Shown: piece after piece, positions 19,404-28,100 of the stretch
Position numbering within the stretch: the stretch's first letter is position 1
Layout: each line of letters opens with the position of its first letter
DNA from: an uncultured Bacteroidales bacterium
GTDB lineage: Bacteria > Bacillota_I > Bacilli_A > ML615J-28 > CAG-698
Length of the DNA: 64,000 nucleotides
Direction of reading: 5' to 3'
Assembly (NCBI GenBank): GCA_964516425.1
Contig: CAZFAM010000002.1
Location: 32,181 to 96,180, forward strand
The notes under the pieces: model-generated
Databases searched by the model: none
Told to the model about the DNA's origin: nothing
What the model saw: the letters and a program-made list of their open reading frames with translations, nothing else
Made by a program: the position numbers and the translations under genes

Positions 19404-19421
19404 ATAACTTCTCCTTTATAT

Positions 19422-19455
19422 AAAAAAACGTGCTCATCTTCAAAGCACGCAAAAA
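19422..19455 (-). terminator. Riboswitch expression-platform terminator
   Basis: On the minus strand GCGTGCT-TTGAAGATG-AGCACG is followed by T7. The loop TGAAGAT is complementary to the riboswitch 5' strand ATCTTCA, giving an antiterminator alternative. Confidence 0.7.
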
Positions 19456-19477
19456 GTAAATTAATATAAATTAATTT

Positions 19478-19588
19478 CTTCTCTCATCTAGACTTTACTA
19501 TCGGTATTGGAATTTCACCAATTCATGCCTAAGCTTGTGGACTATAACCACCGGTCGGGAATTTCACCCTGCCCTGAAGATATTATTA
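19478..19588 (-). promoter_or_regulatory. FMN riboswitch (RFN element)
   Basis: The minus strand reads AUCUUCAGGGCAGGGUGAAAUUCCCGACCGGUGGU...GGUGAAAUUCCAAUACCGAUAGUAAAGUCUAGAUGAGAGAAG. This matches the conserved RFN core almost position for position. Confidence 0.9.
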
Positions 19589-19617
19589 ATTATACACCTT
19601 TTAAATTTATATATCAA
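19589..19617 (-). promoter_or_regulatory. Promoter driving the FMN riboswitch-ribU transcript
   Basis: TTGATA (19612-19617) is separated by a 17-nt spacer from TGtTATAAT (extended -10, 19589-19594). Confidence 0.5.
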
Positions 19618-19621
19618 CTAT

Positions 19622-20011
19622 TTAATCGATATTTATTGTTTTTTTGAAATTATCATTTGTTTTAGGAACATTTATTACAAGTAATCCATAATTTAATGAT
19701 GCTTTTATATTTTCTTCTTTTATATCTCCAACGTAAAAACTTCTTTTCATATTATTAAAAAGTAATTCTCTTCGAATATATTTTTTATTTGTATTATTAT
19801 CTAATTCATCATTTTGATTAATAGCTACTATTAAATATCCTTCTTCAATTGATATATTAATATTTTCTTTTTTAATTCCAGCAACATCAATGCTAAATAT
19901 ATATTCATTCTCTAATTCACAAATATTTGCACGTAAATGTGTAGGATTACTTTTTAAACTCAATAAAGAAAAGTTTTCGTCAAACAAATCACTTAAGATA
20001 TTCTTTTTCAT
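19622..20011 (-). CDS. Hsp20/alpha-crystallin family small heat-shock protein
   Basis: The 129-aa protein has an alpha-crystallin domain pattern (ENEYIFSIDVAGIKKENINISIEEGYLIV ... GLLVINVPK). Confidence 0.8.
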   Translation of the reverse strand: MKKNILSDLFDENFSLLSLKSNPTHLRANICELENEYIFSIDVAGIKKENINISIEEGYLIVAINQNDELDNNTNKKYIRRELLFNNMKRSFYVGDIKEENIKASLNYGLLVINVPKTNDNFKKTINID

Positions 20012-20073
20012 TTAATCACTCCTTATATTTTATTATATGAAAAATATCTTATTTTATGCTTTTAGTAAAATAA

Positions 20074-20113
20074 AGAAAAAAGTTATACTAATGATTTCTC
20101 ATTAATATAACTT
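20074..20113 (-). terminator. Rho-independent terminator after tpiA
   Basis: A 15-bp AT-rich stem (20080-20094 / 20099-20113, one G-U) is followed by a U run. Confidence 0.5.
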
Positions 20114-20118
20114 AATAT

Positions 20119-20874
20119 TTATTTTACTGCTGCTTTAACTAAAGTAATAAAGTCTTCAGGTTTTAAAGAAGCACCACCGATTAACGCACCATCAATATTA
20201 GGTTTTGCCATTAATTCATCAACATTTGATGTTTTAACACTTCCACCATATTGAATTCTAATTGCTTCACTTACAGTTTCATCATATAATTCTTTAACTG
20301 TTTGTCTAATAAATCCACATGTTTCATCAGCAACATCTGCAGTAGCAGTTTTTCCAGTTCCGATTGCCCAAATTGGTTCATAAGCAATTACTAATTCTTT
20401 AACTTGTTCTTTTGTTAATCCTTGTAAATCTTTTTCTAATTGGCTCTTTAATAAATCATTTGTTTGGCCACTTTCTCTTTGTTCTAAAGATTCACCAACA
20501 CATAAAATTGGTTTTAATCCATGATTAAATGCTTGATGTAATTTTTTATTACAAGTTTCATCAGTTTCATTGAACATTGCTCTTCTTTCACTATGTCCAA
20601 TAATAACATATGTAACACCAATGTTAGTTAACATTGCAGGTGCAATTTCACCTGTGAAAGCACCTTGTTCTTCAAAGTGCATATTTTGAGCGCCAATTCT
20701 TAAATTTTCACCTTGACGTTCAACTAATAATTCAAGTGTCACAAATGGTGCACATATAACACTATCAACAGCATTTATAGATGGCATTTGATCATTTACT
20801 TTATAGATAAATTCTAATGCTTCATCTCTTGTTTTATACATTTTCCAGTTTCCTGCAATAATTGGTTTTCTCAT
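20119..20874 (-). CDS. tpiA: Triosephosphate isomerase
   Basis: [25 protein letters not shown] and GGASLK are present. Confidence 0.95.
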   Translation of the reverse strand: MRKPIIAGNWKMYKTRDEALEFIYKVNDQMPSINAVDSVICAPFVTLELLVERQGENLRIGAQNMHFEEQGAFTGEIAPAMLTNIGVTYVIIGHSERRAMFNETDETCNKKLHQAFNHGLKPILCVGESLEQRESGQTNDLLKSQLEKDLQGLTKEQVKELVIAYEPIWAIGTGKTATADVADETCGFIRQTVKELYDETVSEAIRIQYGGSVKTSNVDELMAKPNIDGALIGGASLKPEDFITLVKAAVK

Positions 20875-20883
20875 ATTTTCTCC

Positions 20884-21135
20884 TTACTTAACCATTTCTC
20901 TTAGGGCAGCAATTGCTTCCTCAGCATCATCACCATATGCTTCAATTTCAATTTGAGCTCCATCTAAAACAGCTAAAGACATAATTCCTAAAATTGACTT
21001 TAAATCAACTTCTTTACCTAAATATCTTAAAGTCATATCAGATTCAAATTCAGATGCTTTTTGAACAATTGTTTGTGCCATTTTAGCATCAATTCCAGAT
21101 GTATTTTCTACAGTCATTTTACAAAGTTTTGCCAT
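20884..21135 (-). CDS. HPr-family phosphocarrier-like protein lacking the His15 site (Crh-like)
   Basis: It aligns by eye with B. subtilis HPr. SGIHARPA is replaced by SGIDAKMA (His to Asp, Arg to Lys, Pro to Met), while the Ser46 region KSILGIMSL is conserved. Confidence 0.8.
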   Translation of the reverse strand: MAKLCKMTVENTSGIDAKMAQTIVQKASEFESDMTLRYLGKEVDLKSILGIMSLAVLDGAQIEIEAYGDDAEEAIAALREMVK

Positions 21136-21162
21136 TGTTTTCCTCCTAAAGAAATTTATATT

Positions 21163-22401
21163 TTATTTGTTTGAGCAGCATTTATCGTTGATAATAGCTA
21201 CTCCTGGTAATTCTTTTCCTTCTAAATATTCTAAGCTTGCTCCACCACCAGTTGAAATGTGAGAGAATTTTTGTTCATATCCCATACTAATAGCAGCTGA
21301 TGCTGAATCGCCACCACCGATAATTGTTTTTGCACCTTCTAATTCAGATAAAGCTTGACAAATTGCTTTAGTACCTGTGGCAAATTTTTCAACTTCAAAT
21401 ACACCTGCAGGACCATTCCATACAACTGTTTTTGCACCTTCTAATTCTTTTTTGAATAATGCAATTGTAGCAGGACCACAATCAACACCCATTTGATCTT
21501 GAGGTACATCATTAGCTGCATACGTATTTGCTTCAGCATTAGCGATAGCTCCAAAGAAATCATTTTGTATATCTTCGCTACTAACTTTTACACATACTGC
21601 ATCGCATGGTAATACAATTCTACCTTGTGCTTTTTCTAATAAGCCTTTTGCGAATTCAACAAAATCATTTTCGCATTTTGATGTTCCAACTTCCCATCCC
21701 ATTGCTTTATAGAATGTGAATGCCATAGCACCACAAATTAAGATTTTATCAGCTTTATTTAATAAATTTTCAATTACTGAAATTTTATCAGAAACTTTTG
21801 AACCACCTAAAATAGCAACAAATGGTCTTTCAGGATTATCTACAGCTTCACCAATAAATTTAATTTCTTTTTCCATTAAGAAACCAGCTACAACATCTTT
21901 CATATTACTTGCAATACCAGCATTTGAAGCATGAGCTCTATGAGCTGTACCAAATGCATCATTTACAAATACATCACCTAAAGATGCCCAATATTTTCCA
22001 AGTTCTGGATCATTTTTAGATTCTTTTTTACCTTCAACATCTTCCCAACGTGTATTTTCAAACATTACGATGTCTTGTGGTTTCATATTTTTAACTGCTT
22101 CTTCTAATTCAGCTCCTCTTGTTGTAGGAACAAATGTAACAGGTTTTTTAATTAATTCTTCTAATCTTTTAGCAACAGGTGCTAAACTGTTTTTAGCTTT
22201 ATCTGCTTCTTCTTTAACTCTTCCTAAGTGAGAGAACAATACAACTTTTGCATTTTGATCTAATGCATATTGAATTGTTGGTAAAGCTTGAACTACTCTA
22301 TTATCATTTGTTATTACACCATTTTTCATTGGAACATTAAAATCAACACGAATTAACACTGTCTTATTGTTTAATTCTACATCTCTAATTGTTTTTTTCA
22401 T
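21163..22401 (-). CDS. pgk: Phosphoglycerate kinase
   Basis: RVDFNVP, FSHLGR, AHRAHAS, GGGDS and STGGGASLE are present. Confidence 0.95.
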   Translation of the reverse strand: MKKTIRDVELNNKTVLIRVDFNVPMKNGVITNDNRVVQALPTIQYALDQNAKVVLFSHLGRVKEEADKAKNSLAPVAKRLEELIKKPVTFVPTTRGAELEEAVKNMKPQDIVMFENTRWEDVEGKKESKNDPELGKYWASLGDVFVNDAFGTAHRAHASNAGIASNMKDVVAGFLMEKEIKFIGEAVDNPERPFVAILGGSKVSDKISVIENLLNKADKILICGAMAFTFYKAMGWEVGTSKCENDFVEFAKGLLEKAQGRIVLPCDAVCVKVSSEDIQNDFFGAIANAEANTYAANDVPQDQMGVDCGPATIALFKKELEGAKTVVWNGPAGVFEVEKFATGTKAICQALSELEGAKTIIGGGDSASAAISMGYEQKFSHISTGGGASLEYLEGKELPGVAIINDKCCSNK

Positions 22402-22481
22402 ATTTTTCCTCCTATAGTTTTGACTGTTATATTATATCACAAACTTTTAAATAATTCTATTATTTGATTAAGTAAACGTTT

Positions 22482-22514
22482 AAAAATTTAAAAGAGTTGG
22501 TTACCCAACTCTTT
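22482..22514 (-). terminator. Rho-independent terminator after the sugar ABC ATPase gene
   Basis: A perfect 10-bp stem (22491-22500 / 22505-22514) with loop TTAC is followed by a U/A-rich tail. Confidence 0.55.
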
Positions 22515-22519
22515 ATTTA

Positions 22520-23638
22520 TTATCTTACGATTCTCAATTCAGTTTGAGGATCGAAGAAATGACATTTATTCATATCGAATGCTAATTCAATTTCATCACG
22601 TGGACGAATATCTACTCTAGCATTGACTTTAGCTACTAATGGTTGAGTGTTCATAGTAACATATATTAATGTTTCTGCACCTAGTAACTCAGATACTTCA
22701 ACTTTTAAAGTAACTTTAGCATCTGGATATGTATTCGCAACAACATTTTCATCATGAATATCTTCAGGTCTAATACCTAAAATGATATCTTTATCAACAT
22801 AATGTTGTTCTTCTAACATCTTGAATTTTCCAGCTGGAATTTTTAATTTAGTTGTACCAACTTTATGATCTCCACAAACAAAGTATCCATCTTCTGTAAT
22901 TTTTCCATCAATAAAGTTCATAGCAGGTGTACCAATGAATCCACCAACGAATTTGTTATTAGGGAAATCATAGATATCTTTTGGAGCTCCAATTTGTTGG
23001 ATATATCCGTCTTTCATAACAACAATTCTACTAGCCATTGTCATAGCTTCAATTTGGTCATGGGTAACGTAAATAGTTGTGATACCTAATCTTTCAGTAA
23101 TTTTAATAATTTCAGTTCTCATTTGTACACGTAATTTAGCATCAAGGTTTGATAATGGTTCATCCATTAAGAATACTTTAGCATCTCTTACGATAGCTCT
23201 ACCTAAGGCAACACGTTGTCTTTGTCCTCCTGATAAAGCTTTAGGTCTACGTTGTAATAATGCTTTTAAACCTAAGATTTCTGCTGCTTCTTGAACACGA
23301 CGATCAATTTCTTCACGTCCAAATTTACGTAATTTTAATCCAAATGCCATGTTATCATAAACAGTCATATGTGGATATAAGGCATATGATTGGAAAACCA
23401 TCGCGATATTTCTATCTTTTGGTGGTACATCGTTCATTACATCATCATCGATTCTTAATTCACCAGAAGTAATATCTTCTAGTCCTGCGATCATTCTTAA
23501 TGTAGTTGTTTTTCCACATCCAGAAGGACCAACAAAAACGATAAATTCACGATCTTTAACGTTTAAGTTAAAGTCTACAACGGCATGAACATTTCCATCA
23601 TAAACTTTATTAATATTTTTTAATGTTACAGTTGCCAT
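22520..23638 (-). CDS. Sugar-import ABC transporter ATP-binding protein (MsmK/MsmX/UgpC/MalK type), stand-alone
   Basis: GPSGCGKTT, LSGGQRQRVALGRA, FLMDEPLSNLDA and a C-terminal TOBE/MalK regulatory-like domain are present. No adjacent permease or binding protein was seen. Confidence 0.85.
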   Translation of the reverse strand: MATVTLKNINKVYDGNVHAVVDFNLNVKDREFIVFVGPSGCGKTTTLRMIAGLEDITSGELRIDDDVMNDVPPKDRNIAMVFQSYALYPHMTVYDNMAFGLKLRKFGREEIDRRVQEAAEILGLKALLQRRPKALSGGQRQRVALGRAIVRDAKVFLMDEPLSNLDAKLRVQMRTEIIKITERLGITTIYVTHDQIEAMTMASRIVVMKDGYIQQIGAPKDIYDFPNNKFVGGFIGTPAMNFIDGKITEDGYFVCGDHKVGTTKLKIPAGKFKMLEEQHYVDKDIILGIRPEDIHDENVVANTYPDAKVTLKVEVSELLGAETLIYVTMNTQPLVAKVNARVDIRPRDEIELAFDMNKCHFFDPQTELRIVR

Positions 23639-23812
23639 AAATTCCTCCTAATTTATTTCATACACATTATTATAAACCTTTTTTTATAAAAAAGCAATGT
23701 GCAATGTGCACAAACAAGTATTGTTTAGTAGGATTATTTTTAGTTAATTTTAAGTTTTACTTTCAATATTGTTTAATTATTGGTATAATATTTTTCAGTA
23801 AGGAAAGTATTT

Positions 23813-24595
23813 ATGGATAGAAAAATTATTTTTTTTGATGTGGATTATACATTATATTCGCATAAGAGTAATAGTATTCCTCAATCCGCAATTGAGGCCA
23901 TTAAGATAGCAAAAGCTAACGGACATATTATTGCACTTGCAACAGGTAGAAGTAAATTATTAACAAGTCTTCTTCCTATCTTTGATTATATTGATTTTGA
24001 TTATTTTGTAACTATTAACGGAACGTTAGTGTTTGATAAACAAAATAATAATATTTTTAGTTTACCTATTGATTCAACAGTTGTAAATGATATTGTTGCT
24101 TTAACAAACAAATATAATTTAAATTGTGTTTTTATTACTGAGGATGATTATTTTCTTTTAAACAAAGAAGATGAAAGATGTCATTTAGGTTATGATCCTT
24201 TACACATTCCTCTTCCAATACAAAAATCATATTTAAATAAAGATATATATCAAATTAATTTATTTTGTGAAGATTCCTATTTACCTTTATTTAAAGAATG
24301 TACAAAAGATAAAGTATCTTATTCTAAATTAGATAATTATGGTTATGATGTTTATTCCGCAAATCAAACTAAAGCAACAGGCATTAAACATTTAATTGAT
24401 TATTTACAAATTGATTTAAAAGATACTATAGCTATTGGAGATGGGCATAACGATAAAGAAATGATTATGCTTTGTAATACTGGTATTGCTATGGGGAATG
24501 CTATTCAACCTGTTAAAGACGCTAGTGATTATATTACTACTGATATTGATGATGATGGTATATATAATGCTTTAAAACATTTTAATATTATTTAA
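23813..24595 (+). CDS. Cof-type HAD-IIB family hydrolase
   Basis: The HAD motifs FFDVDYTL, ATGR and GDGHNDKEM are present, with a cap domain between them. Confidence 0.8.
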   Translation: MDRKIIFFDVDYTLYSHKSNSIPQSAIEAIKIAKANGHIIALATGRSKLLTSLLPIFDYIDFDYFVTINGTLVFDKQNNNIFSLPIDSTVVNDIVALTNKYNLNCVFITEDDYFLLNKEDERCHLGYDPLHIPLPIQKSYLNKDIYQINLFCEDSYLPLFKECTKDKVSYSKLDNYGYDVYSANQTKATGIKHLIDYLQIDLKDTIAIGDGHNDKEMIMLCNTGIAMGNAIQPVKDASDYITTDIDDDGIYNALKHFNII

Positions 24596-24618
24596 ATAGG
24601 AAATAATTATAAAATAAT

Positions 24619-24647
24619 AATCGTCAGAGAAACTGGCGATTTTTTAT
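24619..24647 (+). terminator. Rho-independent terminator after the HAD hydrolase gene
   Basis: The stem ATCGTCAG/CTGGCGAT (one G-U) with loop AGAAA is followed by T5. Confidence 0.6.
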
Positions 24648-24748
24648 TTTCTTATTTATTTAAAATAATATTGCTATTTTATTCTAAACTATCTTAATGT
24701 TTAAGTGCACTAAAGGGAGTCAAAATTGACTCCCTAAATCACTTTGTC

Positions 24749-24928
24749 CTATTCAGACCACGATGCAGTAACAGTAATATCACTTGTATAAATCCAAGTT
24801 CCTTCACTTATTGCTTCTTCATTATATAGCCATTATACCTTCGTGTTAAAATCTTAGATATGAGATTTAGCAACAATAACAGCATTATTGTCCTCATACT
24901 TAATATCACCCAAACGATTACCAGCTAT
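24749..24928 (-). pseudogene. Relic of a Flg_new (Listeria-Bacteroides repeat) domain gene
   Basis: One minus-strand frame reads IAGNRLGDIKYEDNNAVIVAKSHI*DFNTKV*WLYNEEAISEGTWIYTSDITVTASWSE*. The C-terminal half resembles the ..GWY.......W......DITL.A.W pattern of that domain. Two internal TAA stops are present and no start was seen. Confidence 0.3.
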
Positions 24929-25093
24929 ATTTTTTTCCTATAAATATTAGCTTTTTTCAGTTATACATTATTTCATATGTATATACTATAATAAGTATAA
25001 CAAACATATTTACAAATTTCACTTTTTCGACTTTCATATAATTTCTTTATAAATACTTTTAAATTGTTATTTTTAATTTATTTTTTTAAATGT

Positions 25094-25134
25094 AAAAAAC
25101 CATAATTTTAGTATAGAATCTTAAAATTATGGTT
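25094..25134 (-). terminator. Rho-independent terminator after the giant surface-protein gene
   Basis: A perfect 13-bp stem (25098-25110 / 25122-25134) is followed by U6 on the minus strand. Confidence 0.7.
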
Positions 25135-25183
25135 TAATTTTATCATAAGAGTTTATAACAGTGTATTAAGAATTAACCATTTC

Positions 25184-28100
25184 TTAATTAGTTGTATAAT
25201 TATAAACAATTGTTGCATTACTAAAGTTTGTATTACCTCCACACATTGTTGCAAATTCAGTTTCCGTTCCTGAATAATAGACATTCTTAATATTACTCCA
25301 ATTTTGAAACATGGTTACATCTATAGAAGTTACTGTATTTGGAATGTAAATACTAGATAACTGATCACAGTCATAAAATGCCCAACCACCAAATGATATA
25401 ATTGTATAATCTTTAAATTCAGTTATCAAATCAATTACTTCTACACTAGTATCTGAACATTTTAATTCATATATTTTATTATCATTTGCTTTATAATATG
25501 AGTACTTATCAGTTTCTACATATTCAATACTTGAAATATTATAATATACTTTAGCACTTGTAAAATATCCATAAGTATCATTATTAGTAATTGCATTAAA
25601 TTCTTGTTCAGTTCCCGAATAGAATATTGTTCTTAATCTAGAGCAATTAAATACAGCACTTCCTATTTCTTTTACATTTTTAGAAAGTTTCATAAATTCT
25701 AGTCCAGCAGATTGGAAAGCATTTTGGTCTAAAGTTTGAACACTATCTGGAATATCAATAAATTCTAAACTGCGACAATCTTGAAAAGCTTCAACTCCAA
25801 TATATGTTAATGTATTTGGTAAATTAACTGTCTTTAAATTATCACAACCATAAAATACGTGAGCTCCAATAGTCGTTACACCATTAGGAATTGTGATACT
25901 TTCTAGTGAATCACAGGCGTAAAATGCCTCTGTTCCAATACTTGTTAAAGAATCAGGTAATGTAATAGTTGTAAGCGATGAACAATTTACAAATGTATAA
26001 TCTCCTATACTTGTTAAAGAATCAGGTAATGTAATAGTTGTAAGCGATGAACAATTTACAAATGTATAATCTCCTATACTTGTTAAAGAATCAGGTAATG
26101 TAATAGTTGTAAGCGATGAACAATTTTCAAATGTATAATCTCCTATACTTGTAACACTTGATGGAATTGTAATACTAGTTAAACTAGCACATTTTCTAAA
26201 TGCCTCTGTTCCAATACTTGTTAAAGAATCAGGTAATATAATAGTTGTAAGCGATGAACAATTTTCAAATGTATAATCTCCAATTTCAATTACTCCATTA
26301 GGTATTACAATACTAGATAATTTAGAACAATTGTTGAATGCATAACTACCGATACTTGTTAACGAATCTGGTAATGTAATAGATGTTAAATATTGACATC
26401 CTTTAAAGGCACTATTCACAAGTGTAATAATACTATAGCCACTAAATGCAGTTGTTAAATCAAGTGTTCCTATTTTTGTATTTAAACATTTTAAATCATA
26501 TATTTTATAATCACTAGTCAAAGCATAAGAATAGTCATCAGTTTCCACAAAGGACGCTGAAACATTTCCTAAACAATTCACATTAGCATATGTAAAACTA
26601 TCGTTGTTTCTTCCAACTGTTACTTTGCTAAATTCTTCTTCACTACCTAAGTAATAAATAGCGTTTAAATTATAGCATTGATAAAATGCATAAGATCCTA
26701 TATCTGTAACACTTTTTGGAATTATAATAGAATCAATATTCAATCCAATAAATGAATATTCCTTAATTTCAGTTATAGTATCAGGTATTACTATTTCTCT
26801 TACTTCTTGATATTCATTATTACTATCTAACATATAAAAATGTTGTGCATAATACATTGGATTAGCACCATCTCCTGAAAATGATATATTACACCAATCT
26901 TCCATAGTTCCTTTATAATATACATTTTGTAAAGAGTTACAACTATAAAATGTATGACCCTCTATTTCCTTAATTTCATTTGATAAAGTTATATTAGTTA
27001 AGTTACTACAATTTTCGAATGAGTCACTTGCTAAATTAATCTTTCCATCAATAATTAAATTTTTTGCTGACCAAATAAAGTCAAGACGTAAGTTAACTCT
27101 CTGATCAGAATTAATTATTACATTAGTCAATTTATTAGTTGTATAACTATTTCCAAATAAATTAACCCACTTAGAACTAAAATCACCATAACGACGTCTC
27201 AAAGCATAAGCATTGTCAATCTTGATTGTTTGAATATTAGAACAACCTTTTAATATAGCTGCTCCAATTGTTAAAACACTACTTGGAATTTCAATACTAG
27301 TTATTACTGTATTGTTTTCAAAAGCTAAATCTTCAATTCCAACTACAGGTAATTCATTAATACTTGAAGGAATTACTACTTCTGGATTTTCTCCATTATA
27401 ACCACTAATCATTATATAAAAATTATCAATAACACTATATAAAATACCATTATAATTATTTAACTCTTTATCTTTGAAATCCCATCCTAAAGTATTTTCT
27501 TTAAATTCAGTGCTATTGAACTCTTCTTCTGTTATTACTTTATCTGAAGTTACTGCCACATTATTAACATATAAATGATCTACAATATATGTTGTGTTAT
27601 ATGATTTATAGGCATCTATAATTTCATCATTAGATTTATAATTTAAATATCCACTATATAACACTTTTTCAACATGTCCATATCCACGAATAATATAAGA
27701 ACATGATGTTCCTTCTGATATGCTTGGACAATCAATATCCAAATATATATCTTTAAAATATACATTTTTAAATGTCCCTCCACTACTAACATTTAAAATA
27801 TTGAAATTTTCACCATTATATTCGTTAATTTCTGATTCATAAATATAACTTAAATTAGAAATTGTATGTCCTTTACCATCAAAGTATCCACTAAAACTAT
27901 ATGATTCCCATGCATATCCAGTCATATCAATATCATTAACTAATTCATAAATATAATTTCCATTCATATTCATAAATTCTTCTGGTGTTGATACTTGTTT
28001 TATAATTAATGCATCTGTATCACTATCTACATCAAGTAAAGCAAAATCCATATCAAATGTAAATGTACAATTTCTAACACATGAATTGTTATTTTCATCG

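Noticed and set aside
23694-23711. Direct repeat GCAATGTGCAATGTGCAC in the divergent promoter region between the sugar ABC ATPase and HAD genes, considered as a possible operator or cre site
   Set aside because: It does not fit the cre consensus (TGWAANCGNTNWCA), is not a clean palindrome, and is a single short occurrence. The evidence is insufficient.
25660-26420. A regularly spaced 69-bp repeat array that could superficially resemble a CRISPR array
   Set aside because: The repeats are contiguous with no unique spacers. They lie in frame within a long ORF, encode a 23-aa leucine-rich repeat, and have no cas genes nearby.
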